Shown one piece after another: positions 32,361 through 44,689 of a DNA stretch of 64,000 bases. The DNA lies in the NCBI RefSeq assembly GCF_009914755.1, contig NC_060927.1. One strand, given 5' to 3'. Numbering within the stretch: the stretch's first letter is position 1; each line of letters opens with the position of its first letter. The DNA comes from the human T2T-CHM13v2.0 reference genome, Homo sapiens. Made by a program: the position numbers and the translations under genes. The notes below the pieces were generated by a model that saw nothing but the letters and a program-made list of their open reading frames with translations, did not search any database and was not told where the DNA came from.

Positions 32361-33961
32361 CCTGTTCCTTTCCCTCCTTGTATCTGAAAACTCTTCTTGG
32401 CACCAGGGGAGGTGCATCTGGGAGTGGCTGTGTCTGCCTGCATGTTGATGCTGGTGGCATGCACGTGTGTGGGCCAGGAGGTGGGTCTGTGACATCCTGG
32501 GTGAAAGGCAGTGGAGCGAGGGCTTCTCTGGCATTGCTGATGGCTACCTGAATCTCCTGTTTCTCTGGGCCGGCTCTCTAGCAGCCAGGTGGGGACGCAC
32601 ATCTCGATCTGCCCTCAGGTGCTCTAAACCGAGGTGAAGGTTCACAAAGCCGCCAGAACAGCTGCTTTTTCCTTGCAGATGCCTATCTGGAGGGGGTGTC
32701 TCTTGGCGACAGGAATGGCATTTCCCACAGAGGTGTTGGTGGCGCTTAAAACCCCGTTTAGTCAGGCCACACAGGAAATCTGCCCAATGTTTTCTGAGCC
32801 TGGGCTGGAAGAGGCCTGCAAGGAAACCACAGGAACACACAATTTTTGCTCATAATGCAATTCAACAGAGAGTTCTTGAGGGCCTGTGTGGGCACATCTC
32901 TGAGACACCAAGATGGTAAAATTCCAGGATTCTCCCCACACCCAGGGAGGACAACCTAGCTGCCCCACTGTGCACTTTGGAGGCACAGCCCTCATTAGAT
33001 TGCTGTGAGGATTTGGAAGGTCAAGTTCCTGGCATCTACAACCCATGCTAATTTCTTCTGTTCCTTACTTTAGAGCATGATATTCATTGCTAACTGACAA
33101 AGAAATCATTTTTAAAATGTGAAACATTTCTTCTTTCTTGTTTACCTCATTGACTTGAAAAAAAATCTTTACTCCATGGCCCTGGTCATTTGAATAGAAA
33201 AATGCAAAAATCATAATGATTTTATAGATTATTAGAGCCACGCAAACAGCCAATTTAGACAATCCAGGGCAAAATACATTCTGATATCTTAAGCATCCTC
33301 TTTTCTTACTTGTACATGTTTCCCCTTCAAGTCACTCAGAAAAATGAGAGGACTTGGCCTCTGTTTCAGTCTACCTGCTGGAAAAATCCTCGAGGGAAGT
33401 GTCTTTGTGGTGGATGTGGTCTGACTTGGCCTGGAAGATGGGGAGGGAAGCCTGAACACAAAACTGCAGGCCTGCGAGGGACTGGGGCCTTACCTGCCCC
33501 AATCCCCTTGTTCTGTAGAGGAGGAGACGGAAGCTCAAGCTGCAGCCAAACAGCTCATGCATGGCAGGGCAGGTACTGCAAGCAGGTGTCCTGGGGTCCT
33601 GTCCCATGCTATTACCAGCCTGCTGGTGGCCTCAGCAAATTCCCTAATACTGAGGGGCTTCCCTTATAATGCACATACTGGGGAACCAGGACTTTGCACG
33701 CAATGACAGATGGCAGGGACTTCTGACCTCATTAGGGAGGGCCGGCATGACAAAGCCAGCTGTACCTCAGTGGGCCCCAGTGCAGGACACCAGAGACAAG
33801 ACCACCCAGCCAGATCTCCTCGAGACTGGCAAGGCCTGGTGGTCAGCATTGTTGGCCGGAGAGGGAGTTGAAACTTTGATGGGCACATTTAAGCTTCATG
33901 TCCTCTGGGCACCCCCCACTCCACCATTGATGGGAATGGCACTGAAGAACACTGTGAGGTC

Positions 33962-34379
33962 TGCAGTGAATGCTGCAGGCACCCCATCCACATTCCTCTT
34001 ACAGCTGCTCTGAGTGTAGGCTGCAGACTTCTCCCAGCTGCCTCCCCTTCTAGAGAGCTGGGCCCAGCTAAACGGAAGCTGCCAGGGAGGCTGTGCTGAC
34101 TCCTCTACCTAGAATTTGACCCGTGATTGGTTAAAGTGGAAATACAAAAGACCAGCCCTTTGTCTCAAGGTGCAGCAACTGTGGTGCACGGCCTGCTCCA
34201 GAGGTTCCCCTGGGGTCAGGCTGAAGCCCACATCAGCTGAGACCACGTGCTTGCTTTGCTACTTCCCCTGCCCCATTCTGCTTCCCTCACTCCCCTTCTC
34301 CTGAAAGCATGCCCCAATTCATCGCTTGGATGAGACCCTCCATCTCAGGCTCTGCTTCTAGGGAACCCAGTCTAAGTCA
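33962..34379 (+). mobile_element. ERVL LTR (LTR16-like)
   Basis: tgcagtgaatgctg...gattgg...tcaggctgaagcc...cttccctcactcccc...tcaggctctgcttctagggaacccagtctaagtca. Confidence 0.8.
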
Positions 34380-35244
34380 CGATCCATTCTGGAAGACCTT
34401 AACACTTTCCACTGACTGTGAGAGCTGCCGAATACATTTTGACCCATGGGTGGTTCCTGTCCTTGGTGATTCCCCGACCTCTGGTGAGATCTTTTCCTCT
34501 CTGGCAAGCCTCTGGATGTTCTGACTTCAGAGGGGTTCTGGCTGCAGCTTTAACTCAGCCATATGTTGTGACAGCTCTTGGAGCAGCATTACACGGGAGC
34601 AATATCCTTCCTGCTAATTGGATCTCAGAATTCATTTTCGGACCAAAGACATCAAATAAACCCAGGAAATACGAAGCCGTTTGCAGTTATGACTTGAGAC
34701 GAATTGAGTTGTTCATCCTCTAAAGTTGTGTTCTGTTCCTTATCAGCCTCATCTGAAATCTCAGACACAAAAGCAGAGATGTTTCTGCCAGGAGGGGCGG
34801 AAAGTTCGGTCTGGCTTTGATATGTGTCTGGAGATGATAAACTTGGGAAGGGAAATATAGCAGATCCAATCCTCCCTCCCCCATCTCCATTAGGTCTTTG
34901 GCCTTGATAGATTTCAATATCCTGTGCAGCTGATGTCTGACCCACGCATCAAGAATACAGCCTTCACACACCTGCCGTGAGAAGCCCTCTATGACCTTCT
35001 GCAGAGGGAGGGAACTGCCTAAGAGCTGCTGAGTGCAGGAATGCAGGGTGCTAAGAAGCAGGTACCCAGTTTGGGGTTAAAATATGTATAATATATCCAT
35101 TTGAATACCCATCAATAAATATTAGTCATGCTCACTTTTGGGTGCTGGGGGTTATTGGAGATATTGATTCATTTGTTTTATGAGTGGTATTTTCTAATTT
35201 TTCTATGATATAACACTGGTCTAGTAAAGAAATACAAGTTTTAA

Positions 35245-35653
<409 letters not shown>

Positions 35654-37546
35654 TAGTTTTGGGTAGTAGGAAGATGTGTGGTCTTTTCTTTCTTTTTTAC
35701 TTAGCAAGGTATTCTATGACTTCAGGCAATGCTGTATGGTAAAATATCCATTCTCAGTCTCTGATGGACCTGCACAGTGTTAACCAACACAGGTCCCCTC
35801 TCAGGGACATGGTGATGGCCTTGCACTGGCATGGTGGTATGTGCCTTTCAGGCTGAGTGAGACACTGGAACTCAGTGATCCAAGGAGAGAGGATGGAGCT
35901 AGTCCCCTTGGGATAGCTCTGCAGGATAGAAGCCAGCAGAACCTGCTCCCAGCCACCAGGCAGGCTCCTGCCCATGTGCCCCTCCTGCCTGGAGTCTTCC
36001 CATGGAGGGTCCTCCATGTGCATGTTCTGCTCTCCATTCTCCCCGTGCCTCAGCCTCCAGCTCCAGGGCACCCACTCCATTCTCGCCTGTGCCTTGCGGT
36101 GGGAGCATTTGGGTCTCTCATTTTGTGCGAGTGCAGGGCTGATGAGAAAGGGGATCATCTTTCTGTTCTTAGAGCTGATGTTTCAATTCTCTTTTCCTTC
36201 TCTCCTCTTAGTTATTGCCTTTCCTTCTATTTCTTCTGCTTCTTACCTCTCCAGTCCAAGGGAACCGTTATTAGTAATCATATTTATTATGATTACTGTA
36301 TAATAATCATATTTATTATTATCACTATTTTCTAGTGTAGTCCTCCCTCAGCAGCTGCAGAGTTATCTAGAAACACAGGAGGGAAGATAGGGCGTAATGT
36401 TAAATTCTATGGTAAGAAAATCAGCATCTATCTTGCAAGAACAAATAATACATGGAATTAACTTGAGCCAGGGAATTCCTGAGGATCATAAATATTGTGA
36501 AATAAGATTCCAAGGTACTACAATAGCAAGACCACAGTTCTAGATCCTTACACAGTGTGGATCATGATTTAAGTCCAGAGTGGCTACCATAGAAGGCAGC
36601 CCTATAGGTAGGCTGGAAATCACAAATGTTACCCCCGGGATAGAAAAGTGCATTGGTAACAGTGGTGGCTCAGAGGGGCCTGGAGTGCCATCGCAAGGGG
36701 ACTCTGGGGGCTCTGTCAGGTTCTAAACAAGTTTCTCCAACCTGCAGCCACTTGACCTCTAGATTGGGGTTGGGGTATTTGGGGGGTTGGAGAGATAGGG
36801 CCAGCATCCTTCTGTCCCATGCCCACTGACCCTCAGGAAGTCTGATAGGACTGCCAGTAGCCCAGCAAGGACTCTAATCACAGAACAAAAGGGGTCCTGG
36901 TGGGGCACCTGGAAGGTAGGTTATTTTCTAGAGTGCCAAAAAAGCTTGCTGGGAGGCATGTTGTCTCCATAGTCAAAATGAGGCCTTGGCATGTTATCAA
37001 GATGCCAATCATTTTGATTTTTATCACTGATCCTGTGAAAGCACACAAAAGAATGCATCTTTGGCAGCACTCTAGTGCTTTGAGAGACAGTCCTGGGAAT
37101 GCTCAGGCAATAAGAACGCCAGGAAAATACTAAGGGTGAGACGAGGAGAAAGGCCTTTAATTGTCCTGAGTGAACAGCCATGCCACCTGTCCTCAGACGA
37201 CCACAGGAAATCCCCACCCTCCTCAAAATAACCTTGGGCCTTGTCCCATCCCGGGGTGTGGCAGAAAGCATCCAGTGTCAGCACAGGCTTGGAGGATGCC
37301 TAGGCTTGGAGGGGATGGTGCACTGGCTGGATCGATTGGGCTGAGGGTTATGTGATCTTGATAGCTGGAAGTGAGGGGCAGAAAAGAAGGCAGCCTCTTA
37401 GAAATACCAGAAACAGAAGATTGCGGCGAAAGCATGGGGGCCTGCTGTCTGCAGAGACCTTGGCTGTAAAGAAAACAGCAGGAGCTGACCGAGGACAGTG
37501 TTGCTGTGTGGGGAATGGACAAAAAATTTGTAAATTTAAGTTACTC

Positions 37547-38018
<472 letters not shown>

Positions 38019-39034
38019 TTAGGCGTCTCCTCATGTGTGGAGGCTGCACAAAGCAGTTTTGCCCTAAAACCAAAGACCCAGCAAGGAAGACCCAAGAAGG
38101 GAAGGTGATGTCTGGTAAGTGCCTGCCCACAGTGGACGCAGTAAGCAGCCGTGTTCCAGTTTAAGGTTTGTTCCCCAGCAGTCCCACACATGGTGAAGGG
38201 GTTCGGCACTCCCAGCCCAGAATGAGCCCTGTATTGCACTGGGAGAGATGTCCCAGAAGAGGCGCAGCAGAGCCGGGAAGGGCGAAGGCACTGTCTATAG
38301 AGCCAGTCTGCCCTGGGGTGGGGAGTTGAAGGGGCGGGGGCTGAACAGAAGGTCTACCAGCAAGAGACCAGAGGGTAGTCAGGAATAGGCCCCACTGAGC
38401 ACCCATGACAAGGTGCACACAAGGGCCGCCAGCCCCAGTGAGCTGGGTGAATTTGGGCAGTTAGCCTCTGTTATCCCCTCCTTTTCCTAGTGGCTTCTCC
38501 GGCCAGAGGAAAAGGCTTAGCTGTGAAATGAATGCCATTTACATTGCTCTTAACTCTCCCAATCCTTTTATCTCAAAACCTCTTAATCTAGCTGGGAAAT
38601 GGAGGATATTGGCCCCCAGAAAAAGGAGAGAATAGGAGAGTGAAGACCCACCTCTTCATGCCCCTGATGTTAATGAATCTGGAGGAGGGGCTAGGCCAGG
38701 AGAGCCGAGATGCTTGTTCTGACACACTCTCCTTGCTCCCCATTTTGTTTCTAACTATTCTCCTATCCCTCAAGATTCCTAGACCGTGGGGATCCAGAGT
38801 GCAAATCTTCCAGATTAAGTTCTTTAGGGATATCCCCTCCTCTATTTTTGGAAAGCTACCAAGCTGATACCGCCATTGTCTGTCAAATGCCCCAGGAGCA
38901 GCAGGTAGCTTCCAGCATGGCCAGGTGGCATGGGTGTCAGAGGAGGAGAGTCTAGAGCCAGCACTTCTAGAATGATCCTTTGTCTACTCACCAAACCAAG
39001 TCCTGTAATTCTTCTGGGTGGCCACAGATCACAC

Positions 39035-39742
39035 AGGTATGGCAGTGCTGAAAGTCGTGGTTATCATTAATGTTGCTCACTGATGCCAGTTTTTCCTCTC
39101 CCTTTGGCCACCGGGAAATGTGAACTCCTTGGCTCCCTTGTGATGGGTGGGGCCACATGACAATTCTCATCAATGAGCAGAAAGGACGTGACTTCCTGCC
39201 TGGAGCATACTGAATTGCCAGTGTGAGACCCTCCAGGATTTGCTTCCTCCTACCTAGATGATGGTGGCCACCTTGTTGAGCCAGAGTCCCCATAATCTGG
39301 GTCCCTGAAGGATTCCAAAGGGCAGAACTCCTGCCACCTTTGGACAGCATGAGCAAGGAAAAAACCTTTTTTTTTTTTAGACAGAGTCTTGCTCTGTTGC
39401 CCAGGCTGGAATGCAGTGGTATGATCTCGGCTCACTGCAACCTCACAGGGGTTCAAGCGATTCTCCTGTCTCAGCCTTCCAAGTAGATGGGACTATAGGT
39501 GCGTGCCTATAGTGCATGCCCGGCTAATTTTTGTATTTTTAGTAGAAATGGAGTTTCACTGTGTTGGCCAGGCTGGTCTCAAACTCCTGACCTCAAGTGA
39601 TCCACCCACCTTGGCCTCCCAAAGTGCTGGGATTACAGGGGTGAGCCACCGCGCCCGGCCTGGAATAAACCTTTCTTGCACAAGCCACCAGAAGCTGAGA
39701 TTGCTTATTACTGGAGCATAACCTGGTGTATCCTGACTGATA
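39035..39742 (+). mobile_element. MaLR LTR (MLT1I/J-like), split by an Alu
   Basis: ggggccacatgac...ccagtgtgagaccctccag...aataaacctt...gcataacct...tcctgactgata. Confidence 0.75.
39367..39660 (-). mobile_element. Alu (AluS-like)
   Basis: Antisense dimer with TSD ggaa(a/t)aaaccttt. Confidence 0.94.
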
Positions 39743-39860
39743 AGGTGATGTGAGGGGGAAAGAAACAAGGCATCCTCCTTTGATTCTGGTTATTAGAGAA
39801 CTATCCAGACGGAAGAGAAAAAGTAGAAATGTGTGATCTGTGTAAAAGAAATGCAAATGA

Positions 39861-40700
<840 letters not shown>

Positions 40701-41429
40701 ATATTAAACAAGGGGTATCCATTCTCCCCAGGAGTAAACTTTCTCTCAGGAGAAGCAAAAATAACTGACAATGATGATTTATCCTGGGGACTCCGCTATA
40801 TCATTTGCAACTCAAGCTGGCCCCACGAAGCTTTATAAATGGGCTGGAATCTGGGGGTGCCATGTGCACATGTACACAGGCTAAAATGGCACACGTCTTT
40901 TCCTGTCATAGAACTCCTGACTTATCCTTAGTAAATTACGTACTTGGAAGCGTTTCACTACTGAGATGATGCAAATCAAACTGACTAGAAAATACAGACC
41001 CCACAGATGAACTTGTCAAGGCCTGACTTCCTTTACCCAGTGGGCGACTACAGCTGAACAAGATCAAAAGGACCTACAGGCTCTGTCCTCACTTTCTGGG
41101 ACTAACTAGTCCATCAGTGATACACACACACACACACACATAGCCCAGAACACACATGCACACATGCAGGTTCCACTGGCAATTCTGAAAGTCAATAGAT
41201 GTTGATATTTCAATCACCCCTAAAAGGTAGATGTTAGGGCCCATATATAGAAAGTTCCATTAAGTGCCTGAGTGTCTCATTTAAAATTAATGCTATCAGG
41301 TTCTTTGGGGTTTGTAGCTACACAAAATCTGACATTGGCTAGGGTAGGTCAACAAAACGGTGGACCTTGAGCAGTGAGCTCCTAATTTTCCTGGGAAAAG
41401 AAGTTTCTAGTGACGAACAATACCATTCA

Positions 41430-41560
41430 GGGAGGCAGAAATCCTGGATTTAGTCTCAGCTCTGCCTCGTGTAGCTGTGTGATTGTAGACAAGATGCTCA
41501 ATCTCTCTGAGCCATGGTATACATCTTGGAAAAAAGCAGGGAGAGTGATTACATGTGTGT
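41430..41560 (+). mobile_element. MIR
   Basis: cctggatttagtctcagctctgcc...tagctgtgtga...ctctctgagcc. Confidence 0.7.
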
Positions 41561-41918
41561 ACAAAGAATACATAATGTGTCTCCAGAGTTATAAATGCTA
41601 TGATTACATTAAATTGATCAAGGTTAGCAAAATTATTGACTTTTCTCTTGCCAGTTACCACAGGGTTAAAAAATGGTGATGCTTACAACCTACAAAGATC
41701 AATACTCCACCCTCTCCCCTCTCAGGGGCTGGTACCTGCTACAGATATCTCAGGACCTCAAAGAGTCAAAGGGGCAGCTGAAGCTGCAGGGCAATGACCC
41801 AGCCTCTCCTTCAGCCAGATTGCTGGGAAAATAAGCATCCCATTTATTTGATATAATAGACATCTCAAGATAAAAGGAGACAACCTACATTTGAGGGTTC
41901 CATTCCACTAGAACACAG

Positions 41919-42103
41919 CAGAGCAGTTCTCAAACTGGTAATGCATAGGAATGCCTTGGAGGGCATGTGAGAACACAGATTGCTAGGCTTTATCCCAGAG
42001 TTTCGGATTCTATAGGTCCTGGGTGGAGCCCAAGTTTTGCATCTCCAAGTTCCCAGGTGATGCTGATGTTGCTGGTCCAGGGACCAGGCTTTGAGAACTA
42101 TAG
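41919..42103. mobile_element. MER5A hAT-Charlie MITE
   Basis: cagagcagttctcaaact ... caagttcccaggtgatgctgatgttgctggtccagggacc...tttgagaac. Confidence 0.88.
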
Positions 42104-42809
42104 CTCTAGACCAATCTCAGATATGCTTGCAAAATGAGGACGAGATGGAGCAAGGGAAAGCAGCTTTCAAAGTCTCTTAAAAACGCTTTTAAAATAATTT
42201 TTAATATTAAGTCTCTTTAAGGACTTTTTACTTATTCTTCTGAAAACCTGGAAGAATTTGAAACTACTACACAGCAGACACTGTAACATGGAAACCAAGA
42301 GTGAGGAAAATCTTGTGATCATTAACTATTTATCCCCCAAGAGTTTATCTTTTTAAAAAATCTAAATGCCAAAATAATATCTCAGGTTTTAATACCAGCT
42401 TTTGGAATGTGCTTATCTGCTAAAGTTCATGCATATGAAAAGAAATCTACATGCCTTTTAAAGTGAGTCATTTTCGTGAAAGCCATCCAGCTCAGAGGAA
42501 CTATTGATTTTACCATTTTGATGCTTGCCTGGGTGTTTTGCAGAGCTTAGAACAATGAGCAAAAAGTTAAATCATATAAAACTGTGTTTGCCACCGTGAC
42601 AGGTGGGGGGTGGATGGGAACTGAGGGTCAGTGTGGTGAGATGCAAGACAATCGCCATCAGGGCAAATAATACTGTTTCCATCTATCTCTCACAGCCAGG
42701 TAAAGGAGACAGAAGTAGCCCTTCTCTAACTTTTCCGAGATTCCCTTGCTCAGGTTTTAGGGTAACGTCTTGCAATTCTGGGATTCCCTTTCCCAAATCA
42801 AATAAAGAA

Positions 42810-42880
42810 AAAGCTACATACACATCTCTGGAGGAAAATGTCTGTATTAAAAGCCAAAAAACCACATAAGTACAAGAAGA
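42810..42880 (-). terminator. Probable TMEM158 polyadenylation region (variant signal AATACA, cleavage ~42830)
   Basis: Minus strand: UGUA upstream, AATACA at 42843-42848, then a GU/U-rich downstream element (gatgtgtatgtagctttttctttatttg). No minus-strand AATAAA seen in the 3'UTR. Confidence 0.55.
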
Positions 42881-43487
42881 AACGCCCACCAGGCCACGTC
42901 ACTGGATAGATCAACTTGGAAAAGGTTCATAAAGTTCATTTTCAGCGGTAACAATATATCGGTGTTAAATCCTTCCCATGCCCTCCCCCCAATTTTAAAT
43001 AAATTAAAAAACCACAAATTTCAAATACAACTATGTTCAGATACAAAGAGCTTCTCTTACTACAGCAATAGCAATTTAATCTTTTTGTTTTGTATTTTTT
43101 TTACTAAAACTTTCATTTAAAACAGTTATTAAATATATAAAACAAATACACAGGATTTGGTCATTTTCTGCCATGAATCTAGGGCACGTGGGTGCGGGGA
43201 AGGAGTCGGGCAGGGGGATGCAATAGAGGGGAAAGGGCCCCATTTCCCTCCTCTCCGTCTTCGGAGCTGCGATCCCACCCTCAGTCCAAGGGCTTAAACA
43301 TCTGCTTTTCGGAACTGGAAGCGCAGCACAAACCTTGCTTTTCAAAGGCGCTGGGGTCTCTCGGCGGCCCCATCTCGGGAAGAGGAACTAACGATAACTA
43401 CAGCACGAAGCACACCGGCCGAGTCCCCGGCGGGAAAGGCACCCGCGCGCGCGGACACAGGACGGACACAGGGAGGAGCGGAGCGGG

Positions 43488-44390
43488 TCACTTGGTCGCC
43501 ACCCCCGAAGTGACGGCCGCGGCGGCGGCGGCAGCGGCGGCGGCGGCGGCGGCTGCGGTGGTCCCTGCGGGCACTGCGGCGGGGGTGGCTGCGGTGGTGC
43601 TGGCGGTGGTCCGGCGCTGTTCCATGCCGTTGGGCAGGAAGCCGGCGATGATGGGCACCGGCCAGATGAGGGCGGCCACGCTCCACACCACGATGACCAG
43701 GGTCATGAAGCAGGCCACCAGCGTGGACTCAATGGGCTTACGGTTCAGCCGCCAGCCCGGCTCGCCCTGCAGCTCCTCCAGGCTGAAGTCTAGGCAGCAG
43801 AAATGCAGCGGCTCGCCCTGCAGCCACAGCGGCCCGGGCGGCTCGGCCGCGGGGTAGGCTGGCAGCGCGGTGGGCGCCCCGGCGGTGGCGGCGGCGGCGC
43901 TGGGGGCGGCGGCGGGCCGGAGGCGGCCGGTGCGGCGACCGCGCACCCAGCCGCAGCCCACGCAGAGGCGCAGGTCCTGCTGCGCGCCGCCCGCCGCCAG
44001 CCCCAGGTGCTCGATGAGCAGCGGCGGCCCGACGCGGTGGAAGGCGGCGGCGAAGAAAGCGCGGCCGTGCGCGTTGGTGGAGAAGAGCAGTAGGTCGCAC
44101 TGGAAGCCCCGCGGGCGGCCCCAGCGCACGAGCAGCGAGCTCAGCATCTGCCGCTGCACGCTGATGTTGCACGGCGCCGCTGCCGCCGCCGTCTCCTCCG
44201 GGCCCGGGCGCTCGGGGGGCCCGGGGGCCGCCGAGGCCAGCAGCCGCGGGGCGATGGGCTCGTCCGCGGAGGACGCGTTGACTGAAGCATTGGAGGGCAC
44301 CCCGAGGAGGCCGGGCGCGTCCGCGGCCCCGCCGCGGACGGGCGGCAGCGGGCAGGCGGCGGCCAGGAGCGCGGCGAGCAGGGGCAGCAT
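43488..44390 (-). CDS. TMEM158: Transmembrane protein 158 (RIS1 / p40BBP), single-exon, 300 aa
   Basis: Uninterrupted ATG..TGA ORF, start context GGCCATGC. Protein MLPLLAALLAAAC...HFCCLDFSLEELQGEPGWRLNRKPIESTLVACFMTLVIVVWSVAALIWPVPIIAGFLP...A14-VTSGVATK recognised as TMEM158. Has a signal peptide, N-glycosylation sequons (N34, N38, N75), a hydrophobic segment 224-252 and a C-terminal poly-Ala. Confidence 0.97.
   Translation of the reverse strand: MLPLLAALLAAACPLPPVRGGAADAPGLLGVPSNASVNASSADEPIAPRLLASAAPGPPERPGPEETAAAAAPCNISVQRQMLSSLLVRWGRPRGFQCDLLLFSTNAHGRAFFAAAFHRVGPPLLIEHLGLAAGGAQQDLRLCVGCGWVRGRRTGRLRPAAAPSAAAATAGAPTALPAYPAAEPPGPLWLQGEPLHFCCLDFSLEELQGEPGWRLNRKPIESTLVACFMTLVIVVWSVAALIWPVPIIAGFLPNGMEQRRTTASTTAATPAAVPAGTTAAAAAAAAAAAAAAVTSGVATK
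43515..43556 (-). repeat. Coding (GCN)14 poly-alanine trinucleotide tract
   Basis: GCA-(GCC)6-GCT-(GCC)4-GCG-GCC on the minus strand. Confidence 0.95.
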
Positions 44391-44406
44391 GGCCTGCGGC
44401 GGGCGC

Positions 44407-44436
44407 CTACGCGCGCGAGGCCGGCGGCGGTTGCAT
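44407..44436 (-). other. Upstream ORF MQPPPASRA* in the TMEM158 5'UTR
   Basis: Minus strand reads gccATG CAA CCG CCG CCG GCC TCG CGC GCG TAG, ending 16 nt before the main ATG; out of frame with it. Confidence 0.7.
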
Positions 44437-44689
44437 GGCGAGCGGGCGACGGGCCGGCGAGCTCACGGTGGGACCGCGGGAGCCGGCGGCCGGGCGCAGT
44501 GCGGGCGCGCCGGGCGCCTGCCAAGCCCGCAGGGGCGGCGCGGAGGCGGTGACGGCGGCTGGCTCGGCGCGGGGATCCCTCCAGACCCGGTTGCGTTTGG
44601 GGTTCCCCGCCGCCCCCGGCGCCGGGGCCCTTGGGCTGCCGCGCTGCTCTGCGGGGCCGGGTGCTATCCCAGAGCAGGATTCCCCGGCT

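Noticed and set aside
38036-38190. TGTGG...CCACA-bounded segment resembling a small LTR or MITE
   Set aside because: The terminal inverted match is short and imperfect, with no clear TSD, and I could not recognise the family.
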